Below, in pieces: positions 31,275 through 38,526 of a DNA stretch of 38,526 bases (within the stretch, counting starts at the first letter, position 1; each line of letters begins with the position of its first letter). The notes beneath the pieces are model-generated. The model was not told where the DNA came from. It saw nothing but the letters and a program-made list of their open reading frames with translations, and made no database searches. This DNA comes from a virus. The stretch is from the IMG/VR virus record IMGVR_UViG_3300044274_000281; one strand, 5' to 3'. Position numbers and translations under genes: made by a program.

Positions 31275-34200
31275 TGGCTAAGAAAAATGTAAATAGACGC
31301 TTATTTATCTACATCAATGGAAAGCAGGTAAAAAACACCTTAAATGGTGTTCGTCAGCAAATGCGTAAAGTTCAAGGTCAACTTGGAAACATAACAAGAG
31401 GAACTGATGAGTATAAAAAGAAGTCAGAGGAGCTAAGACAAATCACAAAGGTGTACAATGAAATGAGGCAGGAAATAAAAGGTATTCCTTCTTTGTTGAA
31501 AAAAATCAAAACCGAACTTGGTTCAGTAGGAACCATTTTACTTGGTATTTTCTCAGTCAATGCTATCACTTCCTATTTCTCTACTTTAAAAGAAAAAGTA
31601 AATGTTCTTAGAGATTTAAAAAACATTATTTCTCAAATTACACAGCTTCAAGGGCAAGAGTTGGAAATGGTCACAGCACGAGTACAAGCTTTGGCAGATG
31701 GATTTGACGAGGACACACAAAAAATGACAGAGGCGGCAAATAATCTGTCTAAGCAAATGAGCATTGACTTCACACAAGCTTTAGACCTTATTGAACAAGG
31801 ATATTACGATGGAGCCAATGCCAATGGTGAATTTTTAGATAAGGTGAGAGAATATCCTGCCTTATTAAAAGAGGCAGGTTTATCTTCAGAGCAATCCATT
31901 AAGCTGATGTCCGAAGAAGTCAAAAAAGGAATTTACTCGGATAAAGGTGTGGATGCTATCAAAGAGGCAAATATCCGTATCAGAGAAATGACGCCTGCTA
32001 CTAAACAAGCCATTGACGCAATAGGACTGAGTTCAAAAAGTATTGAAGAAGATCTAAAATCTGGAAGAAAAACAATTTTTGAAGTCATACAATCGGTTTC
32101 ACAACAAATGGCAGTACTTCCGCCACAAAGTCAATTAGTGGGGCAGGCAATTGCAGATATTTTTGGTGGTCCTGGAGAAGATGCAGGTGTTGAATATCTA
32201 ACTTCATTACACGAAATCGATTTGTCATTAAATGACTTGTCAAAAAAGACCGATGAGTATACCAAGGCAAAACAACTTGAAATAAAAGCAAATGAAAGCT
32301 TAAATAATATTTGGGTACAACTTACCACAACTGGCGGAAAACTAAACGTTTTGTGGCAGCAATTAAAGCTTCAAGTTGCAAATGTTATTAGTTTTTTTGC
32401 GAGACTAATTGGTGTCACTGATGATGCTGATGGTTCAATTGATGGATTACGACAAAAAGTGATCTTCATGAGTAAAGTTTTGTTGGTAGGTGTTACAGCA
32501 TTTTTCTCGTACAATGCAGCACTTAAAGTCATGTCATTTTTGTCAAAAGTTGCCGCAGGAAATTCAATTCTTCATACAGCAGCAGTTAGGGCTAATGCGT
32601 TAGGAGCAAAAGCGGCAAAAGCGGCAACCTTGGCATATATAATTGTAATCAACCTTTTATCAGGAAACTTAAAAAAGGCAACTGTAGCAATGCGTGTGTT
32701 TAATATGGTTACCAAAATGAATCCAATTGGTTTATTGATTGGTGCCGTGATGGGATTAATTGCAGCGTATCAGTTATTTTCAAAAGACACATCCGAAGCG
32801 GCGAGAAAGCAAGAAGCTCTTAACAATGTAAAGAAGAAAGCGGCATCATTATTTGCAGAAGAAGAATCAAAATTAAAAAAGCTGCTAATAGTCGCTCAAA
32901 ATGAGGCATTAAGTAAAGAGCGAAGACAAAAAGCAATTGAAGAACTAAATAAACTATCCCCTAAATTATTAGGGAATCTCACCCTTGAGAATATCAATAC
33001 TGTTGAAGGTGCCAAGGCAATAGAGATGTATGTCCGCGCCATGAAGCAACGTATTAAACTCAAAGCTCTTGAATTTTTGATTGAAGAAAATATCAAGAAG
33101 CAGCGAGAAACTGAAGCCAAAGACATTAAGGAATTTAAAAGTTGGTATGAATCTATGAATTCTGCCCGAAAAGATAAGGCACAAGAACTTCAACATTTAG
33201 TAGACCAGGAGAAAGTATATACGGAACAGTATGCTGAAGAAATGCAGAAGCAAGCTGATTTAGATGCGGAGTATTCTAAAAAGTACAATTCTGATTTGAA
33301 AATCAGAGAAATGCTGTTGAAATCTGCACGCTTATTACGTATCAAAAATCTTGAAAAACTTAACAATGAACAGTTAAGACTTGAAATACAAAAGGCAACC
33401 GAAAGGAACAATAAGCTAGCTGCTTCCAACAAAAAAGCCGCAGAAGATCGTGCCAGAAGAGAAAAGGCAGAACAGGATCGTATTGCCAAACAAAAGAAAG
33501 AAGCTTTTGAAAGAGCTCTCAAAGAACTCAATGATATTGAACTAAAACTGCAAAGAGAAAAAGAGCTTAATGCAAAGCAAGGCTTAGAAAGAGAGTTACT
33601 ACAAATTGATTTTAAATACAAATCGCTCTTAGAAAAATTTAAAGGGCATGAGGATAAAATCAAAGAAGTGGAGCGTGTTCGCGATGAGGAAAAAGAAATG
33701 CTTCGCGAACAGCGCCGATTAGCATCGGAAGCACGTGCCAAGGAAATTGAGGAACAGAATAGAATTGCTAAGGAAGAACAGCGCTTATTGCTAGAAGCAG
33801 AAGAAATTGAAAATGAAATTGCTAGAGCAGATCGATTACTGGAAATTACCAGAGACATTGCTTTACAAGAGTTAGATATTGAAAGGCAAAAAGCCTTAGA
33901 AAAGCTACGAATTGCAGGTGCGTCTGAAGCAGAGATTGCAGCTGTTAAAGAACGTTTTTCCATTCAAGAGAAAAAAATAAATGATCAGTTTCAAAAAGGA
34001 AAAGATGAAAATGATAAAAAATCAAAAGAGCGAGAGAAAAAAATATTAAATGACAAACTCAACGCTTATAAAAATATGTTCGGCGGTATCAGTCAGTTAC
34101 TTGGAGAACATACTGCTGCTGGAAAAGCTGCCGCAATAGCTCAAGCTACAATTAATACTTGGCAAGGAGTTACAGAGGTATGGAAAGCTCCTGCTGTATT

Positions 34201-34708
34201 ACCAGAGCCATTTAATACTGCGAGTAAAGTAGTTGCCACAGGAACTACCATCGCAAGTGGATTAAAAGCTGTTGGTGTTATAAAGAAAACGAGCACAAGC
34301 GGATATAAAGATGGTGGTTTTACAGAAAGTCTTGGATTTAAAGATCATACAGGAGAAGATGTTGCTGGAGTAGTACATGCGGACGAGTATGTAATTCCAA
34401 AGTTTGTAATGAATTCCACTGATCCAGCAATTCCACAAGTAATTAATTATCTTGAGAATAAACGACTGGAAAAGGTAGGATTTAATAATGGTGGACATAC
34501 GTCCACACCAACTCCTGAATTTGAATCGGAAACAACTACTCAACTCGATGAAACATACAATCCACTTTTATTTCAAATCACACGTTTGAATGACATTTTA
34601 GAAAGTGGACTTGTTGCGAATGCATTTATTGGTGATGATGAAATTGATCGTTATCAAGAGAGAGAGCAAAAGTTAAATAGATCTAGAGAAAATTCTAAAA
34701 TTCAGTAA
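31274..34708 (+). CDS. Tail tape measure protein
   Basis: 1144 aa. Long coiled-coil regions, central hydrophobic segments (aa ~390-500), and position upstream of the distal tail genes. Confidence 0.85.
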   Translation: MAKKNVNRRLFIYINGKQVKNTLNGVRQQMRKVQGQLGNITRGTDEYKKKSEELRQITKVYNEMRQEIKGIPSLLKKIKTELGSVGTILLGIFSVNAITSYFSTLKEKVNVLRDLKNIISQITQLQGQELEMVTARVQALADGFDEDTQKMTEAANNLSKQMSIDFTQALDLIEQGYYDGANANGEFLDKVREYPALLKEAGLSSEQSIKLMSEEVKKGIYSDKGVDAIKEANIRIREMTPATKQAIDAIGLSSKSIEEDLKSGRKTIFEVIQSVSQQMAVLPPQSQLVGQAIADIFGGPGEDAGVEYLTSLHEIDLSLNDLSKKTDEYTKAKQLEIKANESLNNIWVQLTTTGGKLNVLWQQLKLQVANVISFFARLIGVTDDADGSIDGLRQKVIFMSKVLLVGVTAFFSYNAALKVMSFLSKVAAGNSILHTAAVRANALGAKAAKAATLAYIIVINLLSGNLKKATVAMRVFNMVTKMNPIGLLIGAVMGLIAAYQLFSKDTSEAARKQEALNNVKKKAASLFAEEESKLKKLLIVAQNEALSKERRQKAIEELNKLSPKLLGNLTLENINTVEGAKAIEMYVRAMKQRIKLKALEFLIEENIKKQRETEAKDIKEFKSWYESMNSARKDKAQELQHLVDQEKVYTEQYAEEMQKQADLDAEYSKKYNSDLKIREMLLKSARLLRIKNLEKLNNEQLRLEIQKATERNNKLAASNKKAAEDRARREKAEQDRIAKQKKEAFERALKELNDIELKLQREKELNAKQGLERELLQIDFKYKSLLEKFKGHEDKIKEVERVRDEEKEMLREQRRLASEARAKEIEEQNRIAKEEQRLLLEAEEIENEIARADRLLEITRDIALQELDIERQKALEKLRIAGASEAEIAAVKERFSIQEKKINDQFQKGKDENDKKSKEREKKILNDKLNAYKNMFGGISQLLGEHTAAGKAAAIAQATINTWQGVTEVWKAPAVLPEPFNTASKVVATGTTIASGLKAVGVIKKTSTSGYKDGGFTESLGFKDHTGEDVAGVVHADEYVIPKFVMNSTDPAIPQVINYLENKRLEKVGFNNGGHTSTPTPEFESETTTQLDETYNPLLFQITRLNDILESGLVANAFIGDDEIDRYQEREQKLNRSRENSKIQ

Positions 34709-34710
34709 AT

Positions 34711-36612
34711 ATGCCAATTACTCCATCTTCAATAAATTTTCAATATGAATTAGGAGGAAATATTCCACCTGTTAGGATCGTCAATTATTCCCATAATGGT
34801 ATTGGTACAGTTGTAACCGATAAACCATCTTGGATTACATTAACGGGGCTTACGGCTACAACTGCATACATAAAATTACATTCTAGTGCCAGTAACCTGT
34901 CTGTGGGAACACATACTGGACAAATTGATTTTTCAGCAGTATACCAAGATGATTACTATCAGCCAGATGGTACATTGGCAACATTTAACGTACCTCTTGG
35001 TGTAGTGAATGTGACTGTAGTTGTTACCGAAGTTTTTTTATTATCATTGACACCTGATTCAGTAACTTTCAATTATGAATTAGGAGGCGCAACACCTGCG
35101 GATCAAACAATCAATGTGTCTTCGGAAAATTCATGGACTGTCACCGAATCTACTACGTGGCTTTCTACTTCTGCTACATCAGGAAGTAATAATGGTTCTT
35201 TTCAAATATCAGTAACTCCTAATGGATTGAGCATTGGAACTCATACAGCGATTGTTACGGTAGATGATGGAATCGTCCAAGAAGTAACAGTTACATTAGT
35301 TGTTTCTGAACCTGCCACAGGTAGTGACTATTTATATGTGAATCCTTTAGTACTCGAATTCGGATACACACAGTCTGGAGTGCTTCCACCTTTAAAACCT
35401 GTTGAAATTAACGCTTCAGAAAATTGGACAGTGACAGCAAATCAAAGTTGGATAAATTTAACTGCCACTACAGGTTCCGCTGGAGTATCTGTATTAGAAA
35501 TAGGAATTCATAATGCAATTGGATTATCTATTGGAGATCATTCTGCAATTGTTACAATCCAAGCAGGATCTATTGTAAAGATTATATCGGTTACTTTATC
35601 GGTGTACGCATTTGCCGAGATACTATTAGATTCAAATGAGTTATACTTTACGGAAGAAAATAACATGATTGTTGTTTCCTCTGGACGAATAGATACTCAT
35701 TTATCAATAAATGCAACAACGATTTATGAAGGAGAACAATTTGATGTACCTTATAAAAATCCATTTTTTCAAGGGCAAGCTAAAAAAAGATTAGGCTTAG
35801 AAGCGAGAAAAATAATAGGAGATCGACCGTTTTCTGGAGTAAGTAATGCTTTAGTTTATATTCCATACTTTCCTGTGGATTTGAACCTACAAATTAGAGA
35901 AGAGGAATTATATCAAGATGTAATAGCTCAAGAAATTACATTGAATAATATCTCATTTATAAAGGGAAAGATACCTATTAACAATTGGATGAGTGATTCT
36001 CCTAGAAAGCTATTTTTAACTAAGAATGGATTAGTTTACTTTAGTTTTAGATCTGATGGGATTACACCTGCTAATTTATTGACGATTACAGGAGCTATTC
36101 AAGCTACATATACTTTTAATAATGAAGTAAGTCATTTCTATTCTGTCATTTTCTCATTAGCAGAATTAGACTTAAATATTGGTGATCAAATCCGATTACA
36201 AGTTCTAGATTTCTTTATTGATGTTCAAATTAAGCCTGACGGAAAAGACCATTGTTCTATTTTCTGGGAAAACCAATGGGGTTGTTGGGATGCTTTTGAG
36301 GCAACTGGCGAAGTAAAAATTGAGGATAAGTTTAAATCTGAATCTTTTAGTTTTAGAAAGAACCATTTAGAGAAAGAAACTAAAGTCTTACAAATTGAAT
36401 CAACTGAGGTCTTAAAAATAAATACTGGTTGGGTGTATTCGGATCCAGAAGTAAACACTGTGAGAAAACTGCTAAAATCAAGAAATGTATACATTCATTA
36501 TAAAAATCAATTTTTCAAATTAAGAAATACCACAAAAAAACTTGAAGTCCACAAAACAGATAAATTCCTAAAATCATACAATTTAACCTTTGAAAATGTA
36601 ATAATCACATGA
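34711..36612 (+). CDS. Distal tail protein with three N-terminal BACON/Ig-like repeats
   Basis: 633 aa. Three ~95-aa repeats, each with (F/Y)ELGG ... NxS ... W(I/L)(T/S/N)L(T/S) ... LS(V/I)G(T/D)H(T/S). Confidence 0.6.
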   Translation: MPITPSSINFQYELGGNIPPVRIVNYSHNGIGTVVTDKPSWITLTGLTATTAYIKLHSSASNLSVGTHTGQIDFSAVYQDDYYQPDGTLATFNVPLGVVNVTVVVTEVFLLSLTPDSVTFNYELGGATPADQTINVSSENSWTVTESTTWLSTSATSGSNNGSFQISVTPNGLSIGTHTAIVTVDDGIVQEVTVTLVVSEPATGSDYLYVNPLVLEFGYTQSGVLPPLKPVEINASENWTVTANQSWINLTATTGSAGVSVLEIGIHNAIGLSIGDHSAIVTIQAGSIVKIISVTLSVYAFAEILLDSNELYFTEENNMIVVSSGRIDTHLSINATTIYEGEQFDVPYKNPFFQGQAKKRLGLEARKIIGDRPFSGVSNALVYIPYFPVDLNLQIREEELYQDVIAQEITLNNISFIKGKIPINNWMSDSPRKLFLTKNGLVYFSFRSDGITPANLLTITGAIQATYTFNNEVSHFYSVIFSLAELDLNIGDQIRLQVLDFFIDVQIKPDGKDHCSIFWENQWGCWDAFEATGEVKIEDKFKSESFSFRKNHLEKETKVLQIESTEVLKINTGWVYSDPEVNTVRKLLKSRNVYIHYKNQFFKLRNTTKKLEVHKTDKFLKSYNLTFENVIIT

Positions 36613-38393
36613 TAACTTTTTATGCAGATGCAGGTTTTGTATTAGACCTTACAGATACTAAAATTACATTGGTAGAAGAGAATCCTTTATTCTATAATTA
36701 CTTCATCCGAAATTACACCTGGCCATTTAGGAAAAAAATTGATGATGAAACATCAAAAAAATTAGGTTTTATTGATCTTGATAACGTTGGAGATTATGAA
36801 GTAAAGTTTTACGGTAAATTATTGATCGATGACACTTTTGATGAAGCATTTTTATTGATCACTGATATCGTAGACAAAGTTATTGAAGGTAGTATTTATT
36901 ACGGAAGAGAAACCTTGGCATTATTAGACAAGCCTTTAAATGAACTACCATTTCCAGTTGTCAATACCGATAATCTTCGAATTCATGCACGTTCTGTTAT
37001 TGACTTGCAGTATCCAGAGGTAGGATACAATTTCCCTATGATTATTGATCAGAAGTTTTCGGAAACTTCCAAATATGAAAAGTTTGAAGGATTCATTAAC
37101 AACTACAGAGATGGAAACTTTGTAAATAACACTATTGAAGCGGAAAACATAGACGGGCAAGTAACGCCAGTAGTTTACAACAGAAACTTAATGGTGCCTT
37201 TTCCGTATCTGATGGAAATATTAAGGGTTGGTTTTGCGAGTGAAAATATGGTAATGTTAGGTTCATTTGTAAGTGATCAAGTAAATGAGAAGTTAATGGT
37301 GTTTACAGAGAAATATTTAGAAAAGTTTCAGTCATCTTTACCAGACTTTTTTCAATTTACTACAACAACTGAAATTTGGGATGCGGGAATTATTTCTGCT
37401 TCCTATAGCAGGAACTATGCAATTAGTTTAACAGGATCTTACAAAATAAAGATTCTTATCAATATTCCTGTCCAAATTCAAGTTCATGAATTTAAAGTAC
37501 TCTTCAACTTAGAAGAGATTTATAGTTCCGACTCTAATGTAATAAACGAAGAACTAACTCTCAACGTTGAAAATGATACTGATTTAGGAACTTTGAGATT
37601 CTCATTGGATTTGAGAATGGCTTCGTCCAATTCTTCAAATTCTATTGGTGATATCTCCGCTTTTAATAGTTTCAATTTTCAATTTTCAGATGGTCAACTC
37701 AATATATTTCCGAATAACTTTTCTTTGGCAGAAATTATGCCTGATATGACTTTTGGAGCTTTTCTCAACAAAATAAAAAACTGGCTAAATTTAGAAGTGT
37801 TGTATCATAAGAATACAGTGATTATTAATTACATAGAATCAAAATTTTTGAATACAAACTTTAAAGATGAATCTCATTTAGAAATTGAAATTCCAAAAAG
37901 GAAACCCAATCATTCAAAATTATTCAAACTAACAACTGGAAATGGATCCTTATTTATTTCTAAAAATGGATTAGAAAACAATTCGTTAGGATATAGAGAA
38001 GAGGATATTATAAAAATTGATATGGGGCTAGAATTAATGCCTATCGAAAGTTTTCAAGATGTATTTACTGCTGTTAAGAAAGAATCAGGCGAGGCATTCA
38101 AATTATTTTTATACGATGGATTGCAAAACGATCTGCCTGTTAGTGTTTCCAGTATTTTTGATCGAAACTATTTAATTGAAGAAGTGCATAATAGATTCTG
38201 GAAGCAATGGCTTTTATTCAGATTGAATTCAGAATTGTACACAGATAAATTCCCATTACATATTTCTGAACCTTTAAAAATTAGTGAAGGAAGTTTCAAA
38301 TACAATAAAAAACATATTTTCAAAAAAATAAAAAAACGTCGAAAATCAGAAGAAGAATGGGATGTCGAAGTAGAAAGAGAGTCCTTTTCTTAA
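36609..38393 (+). CDS. Tail tip/baseplate protein (positional)
   Basis: 594-aa ORF, the last gene before attR. ATGA overlap with the upstream gene. Confidence 0.55.
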   Translation: MITFYADAGFVLDLTDTKITLVEENPLFYNYFIRNYTWPFRKKIDDETSKKLGFIDLDNVGDYEVKFYGKLLIDDTFDEAFLLITDIVDKVIEGSIYYGRETLALLDKPLNELPFPVVNTDNLRIHARSVIDLQYPEVGYNFPMIIDQKFSETSKYEKFEGFINNYRDGNFVNNTIEAENIDGQVTPVVYNRNLMVPFPYLMEILRVGFASENMVMLGSFVSDQVNEKLMVFTEKYLEKFQSSLPDFFQFTTTTEIWDAGIISASYSRNYAISLTGSYKIKILINIPVQIQVHEFKVLFNLEEIYSSDSNVINEELTLNVENDTDLGTLRFSLDLRMASSNSSNSIGDISAFNSFNFQFSDGQLNIFPNNFSLAEIMPDMTFGAFLNKIKNWLNLEVLYHKNTVIINYIESKFLNTNFKDESHLEIEIPKRKPNHSKLFKLTTGNGSLFISKNGLENNSLGYREEDIIKIDMGLELMPIESFQDVFTAVKKESGEAFKLFLYDGLQNDLPVSVSSIFDRNYLIEEVHNRFWKQWLLFRLNSELYTDKFPLHISEPLKISEGSFKYNKKHIFKKIKKRRKSEEEWDVEVERESFS

Positions 38394-38479
38394 AAATAGA
38401 CATGTACTTTTTATGTACTTTAAATCATTAATAAAATTATAAAACATTTATAATCAACATATTGTAAATTATAATTTAA

Positions 38480-38526
38480 TGCCTTACAAGCAGGGGGTCA
38501 CTGGTTCGAATCCAGTATTACCCACA
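38480..38526. repeat. attR core = displaced 3' fragment of tRNA-Val
   Basis: Identical to 1-47. It is preceded by AT-rich phage DNA (...attataatttaa) that cannot form the tRNA 5' half; the anticodon-stem 5' strand would be AATGC instead of CCTGC. Confidence 0.9.

Larger units (their letters stand above)
1..38526. mobile_element. Integrated temperate tailed-phage genome (prophage) bounded by attL/attR
   Basis: Identical 47-nt direct repeat at both window ends. Integrase lies next to attL. Repressor switch, head, packaging, lysis and tail modules lie in between. Confidence 0.9.

Noticed and set aside
33190-33963. 257-aa minus-strand ORF (Ser/Leu/Cys-rich) inside the tape measure gene
   Set aside because: It is antisense to a long, well-supported coiled-coil CDS. 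Its low-complexity composition is the mirror of the GAA/AAG-rich sense strand. The same reasoning applies to the other antisense track ORFs within large CDSs (e.g. 16617-16973, 23935-24378, 24339-24632, 19154-19474, 32896-33196).
38480-38526. Right-end copy as a complete tRNA gene
   Set aside because: The upstream sequence (attgtaaattataatttaa) is AT-rich phage DNA that cannot form acceptor, D or anticodon 5' strands. This copy is a 3' fragment only.
1-38526. Diversity-generating retroelement, retron, or known multi-gene defence systems (RM, CBASS, Thoeris, Gabija etc.)
   Set aside because: No ORF has reverse-transcriptase (YxDD), methyltransferase, cyclase, TIR/SIR2 or large ATPase/helicase motifs that I could recognise by eye.

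Overview
The window is a single, apparently complete ~38.5-kb temperate tailed-phage genome (prophage). It is integrated into the 3' end of a tRNA-Val(TAC) gene: the first 47 nt (1-47) and last 47 nt (38480-38526) are identical and form the anticodon-loop-to-acceptor part of that tRNA (attL/attR). The DNA is AT-rich (about one-third G+C by eye, not computed). It has almost no Shine-Dalgarno sequences, carries TAnnTTTG -7 boxes, and encodes SC-type lipoprotein signals plus DUF4468/BACON-like domains, so a Bacteroidota (Flavobacteriia-like) host is inferred. Layout, left to right: (1) tyrosine integrase (297-1520). (2) A ~10.6-kb leftward (minus-strand) block with three small membrane proteins (one SieB-like), a Topo VI-A/Spo11-like 'Mini-A' protein, a PAPS-reductase-family PP-loop enzyme, a small serine recombinase, an NdpA-like nucleoid protein, a 594-aa putative DNA-binding protein, an initiator-type tRNA-Met, a tRNA-like non-coding gap and many small ORFs. 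(3) A divergent switch with an XRE-type repressor (12258-12701). (4) Morons (lipoprotein, polytopic membrane protein, secreted DUF4468-like protein). (5) A rightward late region: S49 protease/scaffold, major capsid, terminator, terminase, portal, an embedded lysis cassette, tape measure and distal tail proteins. The most notable non-standard signals are the Mini-A + PAPS-reductase pair, a TGTCC-T(6-9) motif recurring upstream of five late gene blocks, a TTACGG-N3/4-CCGTAA palindrome family, the initiator-like phage tRNA, and a lysis cassette whose only enzyme candidate is a DUF5675-like protein. All functional calls come from motif recognition by eye; no searches were run.
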